DNA from: a virus
IMG/VR virus record: IMGVR_UViG_3300006046_000002
Coordinates: 1 to 64,000 of that record
DNA length: 64,000 bases
Strand: one strand, 5' to 3'
The notes under the pieces were generated by a model. The model was given only the letters and a program-made list of their open reading frames with translations, had not been told where the DNA came from and did not search any database. The translations under genes and the position numbers were made by a program. This document shows, piece by piece, positions 42,196-51,609 of the stretch (position 1 is its first letter; the number at the start of each line of letters is the position of its first letter).

Positions 42196-42990
42196 TCAAG
42201 TAGATGGGTGAGACTGATACCCGTCATGGCGGCGATGACGGAAGCGGGGAATCCCTTTCTCATTCGCTTCTCCGTGAAATGTTCCGTATCCCGGAAACTC
42301 AGCGAGGAGTTGCTGCATTCCTAATTTCCATCGTTTCTTCCCCTCACGATTGACGGTATTCTTCATCCCGTCGATCTTGTTCATGCCGATGGCATTGACT
42401 CGACCAACTGCACCATCCAATCGCCGATGCGCGCATGACCGATAGATGTCTTCATAGCAGACGATCTGCTTCGGCAACACGAGACCAGATTTGAGGGTAC
42501 GAAACATCTGCGCCGCGCCATGAATCAATCCGTATGATCGACTGTATCCGCCGCCGCGCAACCAATCGAGACGCGAGGTGTTCGAAAATCCAACGAGCGA
42601 AACTTTCTGTTGATGCATGCATGCACGCGCCATCTCCATGACTTTCTCGAGCGATGGCTTTCCGGCGCGTGAGACGAAAAAGTCCGGCCGACAATCATCG
42701 TCAAGGCGGAAGGCATACTTGAATCCTTGCTTTCGCGCATAGTCATAGCAGAACCGGACCTGATGCACGAGACCAGACTTTCCCTTGACGATGTGAATCG
42801 CCGTGTCGCCGAACCGATGGACATTCTTCTTCAGCCATCGCTTGTGCTCGAGATACAGACTGGGATCAGCGATGACGAACACCGGAACTGCGAGGGGGAA
42901 TTGCTTTCGGAACGACATCAGCGTATCGAGCGGTGGAGAACGCTTCGTTGGAATGACGATGCACACATTGTGCAGAGACATGCGCATCAT
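42196..42990 (-). CDS. Putative GT-A-fold glycosyltransferase-like protein
   Basis: N-terminal VCIVIPTKR...VFVIAD and FRLDDDCRP (DxD-like) suggest a nucleotide-diphospho-sugar transferase fold. Weak call. Confidence 0.4.
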   Translation of the reverse strand: MMRMSLHNVCIVIPTKRSPPLDTLMSFRKQFPLAVPVFVIADPSLYLEHKRWLKKNVHRFGDTAIHIVKGKSGLVHQVRFCYDYARKQGFKYAFRLDDDCRPDFFVSRAGKPSLEKVMEMARACMHQQKVSLVGFSNTSRLDWLRGGGYSRSYGLIHGAAQMFRTLKSGLVLPKQIVCYEDIYRSCAHRRLDGAVGRVNAIGMNKIDGMKNTVNREGKKRWKLGMQQLLAEFPGYGTFHGEANEKGIPRFRHRRHDGYQSHPST

Positions 42991-43577
42991 GATTCTTTCT
43001 CAGGCATGCGTCCAGCCTTGATCTCCTCGATCAATTTCTGGAGAAAGTGCTGTGCCTTCTCGAGATCTTGCAGTCCGTTCTTCTTCAAGTAGCGCATCAC
43101 GTATTTTGTGATTTGATACTGTGCCCAATTCCACTTGAACATAACCGCGAGATCCCAATGCTGAATTGCTCCGCCACCATAGTGATCGCCACCGACCTGA
43201 CGCGAGTTGGCTCGTTCTTCGGCTGTCGGTAAATCATTGACAGATCGCAGTGCTCTCTCGACGATGTTCTGACTCGTGATCTCACCATCAGCAAGTTCCT
43301 GCTCGAGCTGACCGACAGTCTGATCGCGATGAACCGCGTTGATGACTTGTGGATCATCGAGCGGATCGCCATCGATCGGATCATCACTACCGATGTGACG
43401 CATGAAATGAAACGTCGCTTCTGGATTTGTCGGATCCATTGGCGTACGATCACGTCGCAGTACGATTCCACCACCAGCGGTGTCGATCGTGTTATCACTC
43501 ATGAAGGGATACTGCTGACGCTTGAGCAATGCTCTGATCTCATTGAATGCGCGCTCAGAAATAGTCAGTTCGGACAT
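42987..43577 (-). CDS. DUF3310-like protein
   Basis: TAATG overlap start at MSELTISE. The C-terminal QVGGDHYGGGAIQHWDLAVMFKWNWAQYQITKYVMRYLKKNGLQDLEKAQHFLQKL matches the DUF3310 pattern. Confidence 0.55.
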   Translation of the reverse strand: MSELTISERAFNEIRALLKRQQYPFMSDNTIDTAGGGIVLRRDRTPMDPTNPEATFHFMRHIGSDDPIDGDPLDDPQVINAVHRDQTVGQLEQELADGEITSQNIVERALRSVNDLPTAEERANSRQVGGDHYGGGAIQHWDLAVMFKWNWAQYQITKYVMRYLKKNGLQDLEKAQHFLQKLIEEIKAGRMPEKES

Positions 43578-44464
43578 TACCGATTCTCCATTTCGTACGG
43601 GGTAAATTTCTGTTTCGGTCGACCCGTGCCGAGCATCGTGCGTCGATACTTGCTGAATTCGCAGAGACAGTTCTGCAGATCCTGATTGTGAATACGTGGA
43701 AGATTCGCTTCTTCGAAGATCGGACACGTGACGATCGAGAGTTCCGTGAGTGCGTCTTTCCACTCGTGTTCTCTCCATGGTGTTCGCGGGTCAAGACCGA
43801 GCAGATACGACATACCACGCCGACTGCCCGGACCTGATGCAGCGAATGTCCACCAATCAGGTGCGCTGTTCATCAATGGCGGAACGTACTTCACATCAGC
43901 AACGACCTGCGCGGCAATGAATGATCCCATGCCCTGATAGAACATCAGCCGATTGAAGAAGTTCTTGAGTCGTTCACCTTCTTTCGGTCGAATCGTGTCT
44001 CGATTATCCCAGAGCGGCTGAATCACCATATCGGCGAGATACTCGGCCTTCTCTTGTGCGATTCCGTTTGTCGAGACGATGTATGCCGCGCCGTATATTT
44101 TCTCGCCGAATGTCTTCAGCTTCTCGATGGTCGAGAGGAACTTTTCGCGATCCCAGACATGCGGTGTCTTGAATTTCTCGAGCGTCGGCGGATGATTGAT
44201 GAGGCGTGCGATTACCATCGCGAACCAGACATTCTTCTCTCTCACTAACGGACCACGCCAGCGTCGAGCAATCCACTGCGTCGTTCGATCAAGTTCACGA
44301 TATACATTGCAGAACCGATAGGTCGCCAGAATTTCATCCGTCGTCCACGGAGCTGATTGGCCCTTACTCCGTCGTTCCCAGATGCGATGGCGTTCGATCA
44401 CGAAGTGCGTGAACAGATCCAACTTCCGGAACGGATACGATTTGATATCCGACATGATTCTCAC
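43577..44464 (-). CDS. Possible alpha-glutamyl/putrescinyl-thymine pyrophosphorylase-like (aGPT-Pplase) protein
   Basis: The N-terminal ERHRIWERRSKGQSAPWTTDEILATYRFCNVYRELDRTTQW resembles, from memory only, the conserved N-terminal block of aGPT-Pplase families. Needs an HMM check. Confidence 0.4.
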   Translation of the reverse strand: MRIMSDIKSYPFRKLDLFTHFVIERHRIWERRSKGQSAPWTTDEILATYRFCNVYRELDRTTQWIARRWRGPLVREKNVWFAMVIARLINHPPTLEKFKTPHVWDREKFLSTIEKLKTFGEKIYGAAYIVSTNGIAQEKAEYLADMVIQPLWDNRDTIRPKEGERLKNFFNRLMFYQGMGSFIAAQVVADVKYVPPLMNSAPDWWTFAASGPGSRRGMSYLLGLDPRTPWREHEWKDALTELSIVTCPIFEEANLPRIHNQDLQNCLCEFSKYRRTMLGTGRPKQKFTPYEMENR

Positions 44465-44994
44465 TTGAGGGTGTACGACACGCGAATCAGTTCACCATCT
44501 TCATGCAACGTCAACTTCATCGAGTTCGGCCAGATGATCAGGATCGGCGTAAATCGCTTGATCGATTCGCGGATCGTTTGCCATGTGCCTGATCGCAGTT
44601 CTTCAATTTCCTTGTGCGGCGTGGCGAGCATGAACCCCGATACTTCGATGATCTGGATGTTCCGCATCAACGGAGGCAGTACATCAGCTACCGTCGTGCG
44701 TGGTTCGGCGCGGAAAAATTCTGCGCGCTTGTGATCACACGGCCACACTTGCGCTTTGGACTTGACGTTCTTGCAGGTCCATGACCAGATGCGATGCGCC
44801 TGAGTATCCGCTCCCCATGCGCCACCGTGTCGAAAGATTGACGGCTTGCCGCGTGCGAGAATCCGCTGGATCATCTGACTTTGAAACTCTGTCATCCCAG
44901 CTCGGGTTCCTGTGAATCCCCACTCACCGAAATCGTGCTCATCGATCAGTGCGGCCAGTGGAATCGGAGCGGATTTCACCGCGGCATGTTTCAT
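44461..44994 (-). CDS. SLOG/DUF2493-like protein
   Basis: Start at MKHAAVK via ATGA overlap. FRHGGAWGADTQAH resembles the GGAxGxD motif of SLOG-superfamily nucleotide-binding proteins. Weak call. Confidence 0.35.
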   Translation of the reverse strand: MKHAAVKSAPIPLAALIDEHDFGEWGFTGTRAGMTEFQSQMIQRILARGKPSIFRHGGAWGADTQAHRIWSWTCKNVKSKAQVWPCDHKRAEFFRAEPRTTVADVLPPLMRNIQIIEVSGFMLATPHKEIEELRSGTWQTIRESIKRFTPILIIWPNSMKLTLHEDGELIRVSYTLK

Positions 44995-45131
44995 CGCTCG
45001 ATCTTCTTCATTTCGCCCTGCAGACACTGTCGACACATCGCGTCCTTTTCGATCTTCGCGAGCATCACGTGTCCAGCTTCGTACGTACGAGTCTGTCCGC
45101 AATGTGTGCAGAAATATTGCGTGATCTCCAT
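44991..45131 (-). CDS. Zinc-ribbon mini-protein (46 aa, below ORF-track cutoff)
   Basis: Hand translation gives MEITQYFCTHCGQTRTYEAGHVMLAKIEKDAMCRQCLQGEMKKIER (CxxC...CxxC). ATGA coupling to the next gene. Confidence 0.4.
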   Translation of the reverse strand: MEITQYFCTHCGQTRTYEAGHVMLAKIEKDAMCRQCLQGEMKKIER

Positions 45132-45138
45132 GATCGAC

Positions 45139-45732
45139 CTACAGAAAAAGGTTGTCCTGCTCAGGAAAGAGTTCTTGGAACCGGATACCGAACATGGTCT
45201 TGCTCGCGTTCGGAGTCATCGCGCCAAACAGTGCACGCGGAATGCGATTCTTCTGATGCGGCAACAATGATTGAATCTGTACTTCATCCTTTCCTCGTCC
45301 GGCGAAAATTCCGCTGTGCTGTCGCATGACCGTTTCCGCTTCGAACCGAATCGCCTGATCATCATACTCGCACAGTTGTGGCGGCTCAGGCCATGCGAGC
45401 TGATACTTGTTCGCGATCACACGCATGATTCGTGCTTCGATCGGTCGCACTTCAGGAATGAGATTCTTCAGCGGACGCGTGATATCACCGATGTACGCTT
45501 CCGCTGCATCGTGCATCAGCGCCCATTGCTGCAGATATTCCGGAACGATGAACGAGACGAACACGGAATGTTGTGCGACCGAGTAGAACTGATTCGTTGC
45601 GCCCGCCCATCGGCAGACTTGCGACAGATGATGTGCGATGTCAACGATATTGATAGCGTCCTCTTGAGGATTCATCAGATCGATCACACGACCCGTAAAT
45701 GTCGTGATGTTCGCGCGAGTGATCGTATTCAT
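45139..45732 (-). CDS. HD-domain phosphohydrolase (YfbR-like 5'-deoxynucleotidase type)
   Basis: IAHHLSQVCRW...AQHSVFV...LMHDAAEAYIGD gives the H...HD...D metal-binding pattern. Confidence 0.7.
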   Translation of the reverse strand: MNTITRANITTFTGRVIDLMNPQEDAINIVDIAHHLSQVCRWAGATNQFYSVAQHSVFVSFIVPEYLQQWALMHDAAEAYIGDITRPLKNLIPEVRPIEARIMRVIANKYQLAWPEPPQLCEYDDQAIRFEAETVMRQHSGIFAGRGKDEVQIQSLLPHQKNRIPRALFGAMTPNASKTMFGIRFQELFPEQDNLFL

Positions 45733-45956
45733 TGGCCCTCGATCTTGCCGTCGGCATAGATGGTGACGGAGTTCATCTGATGATCTCGGTGTGTTCGATT
45801 ATGATGATCCATGAACAGTGTCAGTGTGACTGCTGCATCGGTAAATTCTTTTCCACTGGGACCGCGTAAGTGCAAACGGCATTCGCGGAACAAGAGACGA
45901 ATCACTGTGAACCCTGCGTAGATGGCGGCGATCGTCAGCCACTCCCAGATCGTCAT
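45729..45956 (-). CDS. Small membrane protein (75 aa)
   Basis: N-terminal hydrophobic helix WEWLTIAAIYAGFTVIRLLF. ATGA coupling at both ends. Confidence 0.4.
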   Translation of the reverse strand: MTIWEWLTIAAIYAGFTVIRLLFRECRLHLRGPSGKEFTDAAVTLTLFMDHHNRTHRDHQMNSVTIYADGKIEGQ

Positions 45957-47035
45957 ACGGCGAACGCAATCGGCTTTCTCTGCCGACGCTTCTCTCGTTC
46001 ATCGATCCAGTCCAGTCCTGCCTGACGCCACTCGTTGAGACAATTCGTCACGGTGTTGCACTCGTGCAGGATAGCGGCTGCTTCAGCGTGTTCCTTCTGT
46101 CGAATACGATCCCACGCAAACCACATCGGGAAGACGACATTCCGAATGAAGTCATTGTGATACCATTTCGGATCGAGATGCCAGATGTGTCCGACATTCT
46201 TCAGGCCATCGGTGATAGACCGAAGTTCTGCATCGAACGTTGCCGGATTCGTGATCAGCGGTTCGCTGACGATCAGGCCACTGTCATAGGGATTGTCTGC
46301 GTCATCAACGAACCAGAGATCTGGCGGAACGAATGTGTTTACATCGTACGGTTTTTCGAGATACGCGTGAAAGTCGCACGACACTTGCGTGAGTTTTCCT
46401 TGCCGACAATTGCCGATCATCGTGCAGATGTACTCATGCAAGATTGACATCTGTACGGCGTTCGCCCCATAGCATCCCCAGACGACATCGTTCGATCGGT
46501 TGAAGACGATCATCTCCAGTCGTCCGTCGACGATGGCCAACTTGATGAGATCGTTGCAGGGAATGTCCTTGCTGTCCACTGCAAGATCACGTGCCGGATC
46601 CCACATCGCGATCACGACGCGCCGACTCGTCGGATCTTTCTTCAGTATGTCAATCGCTCGGGCGATCTGGTCGATCTCCCTGATGTACGTCGGTGTGTAG
46701 GTCGGCCAGTGTCGCCACCGATGACCATACGCCCCGTGGAATGTGACTCCGTCATCACTGAAATCACGGAAGCGCTGAATGAACAAATCCAACGTCGCGA
46801 GATCATTGCCACCGTTCAACATCCAGAGCGCTTCGAAGAGATGGAAGAATGGATTGGCGAACCGCGTGCGATCATACAGCACACGTTGCCACGGCAGACT
46901 GTAGACAGTCGTGACTGGCTCCGGAACACGGAGCACGGGACCATTGCGTGATTCTGTCCGACGTCCTTCGGTCAGAACGAGTCGCATCCCTGCGCGAAAT
47001 GCATCGTTCACGTTTGTTGCGCGGATAACGTGCAT
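45953..47035 (-). CDS. Thymidylate-synthase-family (ThyA-like) pyrimidine C5 transferase, 360 aa
   Basis: Colinear ThyA motifs: EALWMLNGGND, YGHRWRHW, DQIARAIDILKKDPTSRRVVIAMWDP, IPCND (catalytic Cys context), FNRSNDVVWGCYGANAV (Asn retained, implying a dUMP-type substrate), CDFHAYL. Longer than canonical ThyA. Confidence 0.75.
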   Translation of the reverse strand: MHVIRATNVNDAFRAGMRLVLTEGRRTESRNGPVLRVPEPVTTVYSLPWQRVLYDRTRFANPFFHLFEALWMLNGGNDLATLDLFIQRFRDFSDDGVTFHGAYGHRWRHWPTYTPTYIREIDQIARAIDILKKDPTSRRVVIAMWDPARDLAVDSKDIPCNDLIKLAIVDGRLEMIVFNRSNDVVWGCYGANAVQMSILHEYICTMIGNCRQGKLTQVSCDFHAYLEKPYDVNTFVPPDLWFVDDADNPYDSGLIVSEPLITNPATFDAELRSITDGLKNVGHIWHLDPKWYHNDFIRNVVFPMWFAWDRIRQKEHAEAAAILHECNTVTNCLNEWRQAGLDWIDEREKRRQRKPIAFAV

Positions 47036-47041
47036 GAGTCC

Positions 47042-47245
47042 TCAGATCTTGTAAGCGATTGCGAAATCGAACGCGGCCATCGCGACCACGATGATGAGTG
47101 CTTCCACGACGAACACGATGATGGCGACTACGATCAGCTGAATGACGCGCTTGAATTTTCCAACGTAGATGTTCCACAGGTGATTCGCTTCCCATGTTTC
47201 ACGAACCCACTGATCTTCGTCGTCTGGATCCCAGTCGCCAAACAT
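47042..47245 (-). CDS. Small membrane protein (67 aa)
   Basis: Acidic N-terminus followed by VIQLIVVAIIVFVVEALIIVVAMAAF. Confidence 0.4.
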   Translation of the reverse strand: MFGDWDPDDEDQWVRETWEANHLWNIYVGKFKRVIQLIVVAIIVFVVEALIIVVAMAAFDFAIAYKI

Positions 47246-47276
47246 CGTGTCGTCAGGTGAAGGTGAACCTACGTGA

Positions 47277-47666
47277 TCAAACGACCGGACCCGAATCCGG
47301 CGGAGTCACCAGCGAATCGGCGATCGCCTGAAGCTCGTCGATCTGCGGCTGGAAATCGATGTCCGGATGGGCGTCCTTGTACGACTGGAGCTCGGTGATC
47401 TGCGCAGTGAGTCGATCGGCGAGTGCCTGATCCGCCGTCTCATCCGCCTGAACCCGCTCCTTGAGATCCGCGATCCTGTCCTGCAGTTCCTTGAAATCTG
47501 CCATGATCGTCTCCGCGAAGAAAGTGATGGTGCGATCCAACCCGTCCGCTCGACGGATGAGTCGTGCGAACGCCTTGCTGACTGCTCGTTCAGTATCACC
47601 TTTCATGTCATCCACCGCGATAAAGTGAAGGAAGAATTTCCGAATCCTGCCGAGCAGCCGATTCAT
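47277..47666 (-). CDS. Coiled-coil protein (129 aa)
   Basis: Start at MNRLLGRIRK, just after the upstream stop. Heptad-like ...FKELQDRIADLKERVQADE...ITELQSYKD. Confidence 0.45.
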   Translation of the reverse strand: MNRLLGRIRKFFLHFIAVDDMKGDTERAVSKAFARLIRRADGLDRTITFFAETIMADFKELQDRIADLKERVQADETADQALADRLTAQITELQSYKDAHPDIDFQPQIDELQAIADSLVTPPDSGPVV

Positions 47667-47667
47667 C

Positions 47668-49797
47668 TTAGTGCACCGACGGACCTGAGCCTCTCGTATT
47701 CTTCTGTCGATCTTCTGGCGATGTCGGCCGATAGCCAGTCTGTGCAGCCGTTGGCGGACGACGGAGTTGCGGACGCGTGTCAGTGACCACGACATTCGCT
47801 GTCATCGAATAGATCTTCGCGGCATCAGCACCGAGGGGCTTGCCATCCGCGCACTTCATCGCTCCGGTGTAGAATCCGCGTGCATCGAATCCAGCGGCGA
47901 CATATCCCCCGGCAGGATACGCGAGATTGTCGGTCCATGTCGATGTGTTCGCGTCAACCCAGAGTCTCCAATCCGATCCACCACTGCCGCCATGAATTCC
48001 ATACTGTCCATTGTCGTACGCATTGCAGACGAAATTCATCGACGTGACCATCGGTGGCTGTCCATCAAACGAGATCGCAGTTGCGACGCCAGCTGCATTC
48101 ACGGTCGTGTTGTGCACGACTGAGATCTTCGAAAGTCCGCCGAGGAATTGCCATTCACGTGCTTCGCCAGTAAACTGACCGACATTGAGACCCGTCACGA
48201 TGTTGTCATGTGCCGATGCACGGGCCATCGGAATGATGACACCCTGACATGATGCGCAGAGATTGATTCCAGCGCCCGTGTTCCGCGCGAGATTATACCG
48301 GAAGACGATGTCCTGACTCGTACTCCATGGTGCGGTCCCATCCTGATTCACGCTCTTGCAGAGAAAGAAGTACCCGACTTGTCCGTCGCCCCAATTGTTC
48401 TCGAAGACATTACCTTCTGCCGCGAGTCGCTTGACATTCTTGCACTCGAGCAGATTCTTCACCGTCCAGACGCCCTTCCAATTCGCGGGGCGTGTGATAT
48501 GATTCCCGATGATCCACACATCGGACGGCGTGAGATTCGGAATCGTTGGATCGCCACCGCCGAACATGATGACTTCATGCGATGCTTCCATATAGTTGTT
48601 CTTGATCAGATACGGACCGGGTCCGTTGAGACCGAGGAAGCATTGTGAATCACTGTTGTTATCGTGCCCCTCGAGACATGATCCGTCAACGATCGCGGTG
48701 TTCGATGAGTTGATGTAGTAGTTTCGCCTGAGTCGCAACGTCGGTGTGCCCGAGTTGAGCACGTGAGAAAAGACGAAGTCGCCAGGTACTTCGGCGAGTG
48801 TCGTCTGATTGATGCCGAGTTTCACCACCGCGTTGAGATCGGATGTTCCCGCACCGAGAATCGCGATGTCTTCGAAATAGTACCCGTGCACATTGCGATC
48901 AGCACTGACGGCGGGTGAATTCGCAGCATCACGACTCACGATCTTCGCACACTGTCGTTGCGCACATGATGTCACCGTCTGTCGCACACCGCGAGCGAGT
49001 AGCGGTAACCCATTTCCGGTACGAATGATCGTGTGATACTTTTCGTTGCATGGCTTCTGCGGCAGAACGACGATTCCGTATTCGAAATTTGGCGCTCCAC
49101 GTAATTCCGTTCGACATCCTGCCGCATTGATCGCGTCTTGCATCGCGGTCTTCACGGCACCGACATTCACGACGTTGTATCCGATCGGCATCGTCACATC
49201 GACCGTCGCACGCGGCAATTCTGCTGGACCATCGAATCCTCCCGCGACTGGCGGAGTCGTCGTATCGACCGGAGGCTTGGTCGTCGTATCCGGTGGTGTC
49301 GTTCCGATCACGGCGAACGATCGAATGCCTTGCGCTGATCCAGACTTCGCCGTGACGGCCGTTGTTCCGGCGCTCTTTCCGGTGAGCATGCCCGTGCCAC
49401 TGATGTCAGCGACCGCGAGTGGTCCCGCGCTCCACGTGACGACTGCACCCTGCATGATCGTTCCGGTCGAATCCTTCACATCAGCATAGAGCTGCATCGT
49501 CTTGCCGACATCGACTGATCCACCATTGCCGTGAATCTCGATCGTCTTCGCGACTGGTGTCGGTGGACTCGGTGGTGTGACTGCCTTGTTCGCGTGCGTT
49601 GAATCGCGAACCCAGATGCGACGCTGTGCATCCTTCGAATACTTCGGTGCGGTCTTGTCGCGCTGCTGAATGACGAGATCTGCACTGTCCGCTTTCCACA
49701 GGGCAGAATCTTCTTGTGCCGTGCTCTGCGCGGAGAGCAGCGGAGGTCCGATCAGCGAAATGACCAGAATGGTGTTGAGCCAGCGATGAACGTTCAT
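47668..49797 (-). CDS. Secreted Big_2 + right-handed beta-helix protein (polysaccharide lyase/depolymerase-like)
   Basis: Start at MNVHRWLNTILVISLIGPPLLSAQS (signal-peptide-like) with GAGG upstream. Ig-like segment VGKTMQLYADVKD...GMLTGKSAGTTAVTAKS. Multiple PbH1-like turns (GNHITR, EGNVFENNWGDG, RYNLARNTGAGINL, HDNIVTG, VVHNTTV). Confidence 0.65.
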   Translation of the reverse strand: MNVHRWLNTILVISLIGPPLLSAQSTAQEDSALWKADSADLVIQQRDKTAPKYSKDAQRRIWVRDSTHANKAVTPPSPPTPVAKTIEIHGNGGSVDVGKTMQLYADVKDSTGTIMQGAVVTWSAGPLAVADISGTGMLTGKSAGTTAVTAKSGSAQGIRSFAVIGTTPPDTTTKPPVDTTTPPVAGGFDGPAELPRATVDVTMPIGYNVVNVGAVKTAMQDAINAAGCRTELRGAPNFEYGIVVLPQKPCNEKYHTIIRTGNGLPLLARGVRQTVTSCAQRQCAKIVSRDAANSPAVSADRNVHGYYFEDIAILGAGTSDLNAVVKLGINQTTLAEVPGDFVFSHVLNSGTPTLRLRRNYYINSSNTAIVDGSCLEGHDNNSDSQCFLGLNGPGPYLIKNNYMEASHEVIMFGGGDPTIPNLTPSDVWIIGNHITRPANWKGVWTVKNLLECKNVKRLAAEGNVFENNWGDGQVGYFFLCKSVNQDGTAPWSTSQDIVFRYNLARNTGAGINLCASCQGVIIPMARASAHDNIVTGLNVGQFTGEAREWQFLGGLSKISVVHNTTVNAAGVATAISFDGQPPMVTSMNFVCNAYDNGQYGIHGGSGGSDWRLWVDANTSTWTDNLAYPAGGYVAAGFDARGFYTGAMKCADGKPLGADAAKIYSMTANVVVTDTRPQLRRPPTAAQTGYRPTSPEDRQKNTRGSGPSVH

Positions 49798-49842
49798 GTA
49801 TCCCTCGATGTGCATGGCGATGAGTCGTCATCAAGCATTTCT

Positions 49843-50295
49843 TCAGTCAGCTGAAGTATGCTCTGTGAATGAAGGTGGAACGCGCGACCCGAGTCCTCGC
49901 CAATCACGAGAGATTGCTCGCTGCAGTGATCGGACATTGACACCGGACGTACAGGCTTGTCGCTTAGCCCACGCCTCCACGCGGTCCTTTTGACGCGCGG
50001 AAGCAGAATCCTGTGGGAAGAGATTCGTGATCCGATTCGATCCGCCCAACTCCAGAGGAATGAGATGATCGATGACATATGCCTTCCGCGATTCGCGTGG
50101 AATATGATATCGTACGAACACTGAATCTTTCCGCTTGCCACTGACTGACCGAACACGCGCGGCGTAGCCTGATGCGCAGAAAATTGCACGACGCGATGTC
50201 AGGATCGTCCCGGGTGTCAGCTTGTGAATGGGCAGACCGGAATCGGTCCGCGTGTCTTGGAGCGTGAGCATGAACAGCAAGATCGCGATCTGCAT
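49843..50295 (-). CDS. Secreted HNH-motif nuclease-like protein
   Basis: N-terminal MQIAILLFMLTLQ looks like a signal peptide. The HNH-like core is YVIDHLIPLELGGSNRITNLFPQ. Confidence 0.55.
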   Translation of the reverse strand: MQIAILLFMLTLQDTRTDSGLPIHKLTPGTILTSRRAIFCASGYAARVRSVSGKRKDSVFVRYHIPRESRKAYVIDHLIPLELGGSNRITNLFPQDSASARQKDRVEAWAKRQACTSGVNVRSLQRAISRDWRGLGSRVPPSFTEHTSAD

Positions 50296-50296
50296 C

Positions 50297-51142
50297 TTAC
50301 GCCTCCGTCTCGGTGATGACCCAGAAGTCGTCCGCGTTAGTGAGATTGCACGACCATGACATCTTCATGTACACGAATCCGTTGTCGCCGAACGTCGGAT
50401 CCCACCAGTTGGCCATGATCCCATAGTCGGAGTAGAACGATTCCCACGGCGCACGCATCCGCTTGTATCCGACGAAATCCATGCAATGTCCACCCTCGAC
50501 GCGTTCCTTCTTCGGATCCGGTGTCCGCATGAATCCGTTCGACCCGATATCGAAGAACGAGGTGTAGACGGTGAATCCCATGATGACGAAATGATCAGCC
50601 GCAACAGCGAGCTTCACATCGGGCGATGAGACTGGAACGGACTCATACCCGATGGCCTGATGTTTCAGTCCGTCGTTGTACGCCTCTTGCGGTGGCTTGT
50701 CGGTGAAATTGCCGATGGTGTACGGCCAGAGATTCTCGTGTGGTGCACCGAGCTGATTGACCGTCTTCAGTCCATCACGAATGAACAGACCCGAGTCGTA
50801 TCCGATCGATCCTTCCATCTTGCGCCCTTCATAGTAGATGAAGAGACGTGAGGGATCCATGTCAGGACGACCGAGCATCCGTTGCTGCCACTTGAATCCG
50901 AAACCGACGCCATGCGGAACACACGATCCAAGATTGCCTTGTTCCGGGAGTGGGGGAAACAACGCATTCTCGCGATGATCGATATGCGACGGAATGTTGC
51001 GACGGACTTTCCGCAGTGCGCGCTTCGTGTTGAACGGCCGATCGCGCATGTCAGGGAGCTCAGGTTTCCACCCGAGTCGTTGCCGCAATAATGCATTGAC
51101 CTCGCTGTCGTGCATCTGTCCGAGCATTTCAGTGGTCGTCAT
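50297..51142 (-). CDS. Papain-like cysteine peptidase (C1 family)
   Basis: Catalytic contexts QGNLGSCVPHG (Cys), GGHCMDFVGY (His) and NWWDPTFGDNGF (Asn-Trp). No obvious signal peptide. Confidence 0.75.
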   Translation of the reverse strand: MTTTEMLGQMHDSEVNALLRQRLGWKPELPDMRDRPFNTKRALRKVRRNIPSHIDHRENALFPPLPEQGNLGSCVPHGVGFGFKWQQRMLGRPDMDPSRLFIYYEGRKMEGSIGYDSGLFIRDGLKTVNQLGAPHENLWPYTIGNFTDKPPQEAYNDGLKHQAIGYESVPVSSPDVKLAVAADHFVIMGFTVYTSFFDIGSNGFMRTPDPKKERVEGGHCMDFVGYKRMRAPWESFYSDYGIMANWWDPTFGDNGFVYMKMSWSCNLTNADDFWVITETEA

Positions 51143-51375
51143 GGACCTTTCGATTGAGGTGGAATGAATCCGGGCGGCGGTTGAATGATGGTCGACTTCG
51201 GTTTGTTGAAGGCTTCGCGTACGGCGATCTTCGTCAGCTCGAGCAATCCGAAGATGAAGACCTGATCAGACACGGTGCCTTCAACACTGACGTTGCCATC
51301 GGTGTCGAGTGTGATCAAGAGTTGTGCTCTGATCGCCTTCGGTGCAGACGGCGGAACTCCGGGATGCGTACTCAC
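51139..51375 (-). CDS. Hypothetical protein (78 aa)
   Basis: ORF with ATGA coupling to the peptidase gene. Confidence 0.4.
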   Translation of the reverse strand: MSTHPGVPPSAPKAIRAQLLITLDTDGNVSVEGTVSDQVFIFGLLELTKIAVREAFNKPKSTIIQPPPGFIPPQSKGP

Positions 51376-51393
51376 AGATAGCGGAGTGAAATG

Positions 51394-51609
51394 TTAGACG
51401 CCGTCAGGGATCGGTCGCGGCGTGACATAGGGCAGGATGCGACTGATGCGATCTTCCAACTCTTTCGCTTCTTCGATATTCGGTGCGATGCCCTGCTGAA
51501 AGAGCCGCAAGACTCCGGCGACTGAGATCAACGTCTGTGAAACGAATGCCTGATCAACAGGTGGATCGTCGAGTGGTGCTTCCATGAATTCCTCCGTGGT
51601 GAGTGTCAA
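51394..51609 (-). CDS. Hypothetical acidic protein (71 aa)
   Basis: ORF only. Confidence 0.4.
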   Translation of the reverse strand: MTLTTEEFMEAPLDDPPVDQAFVSQTLISVAGVLRLFQQGIAPNIEEAKELEDRISRILPYVTPRPIPDGV

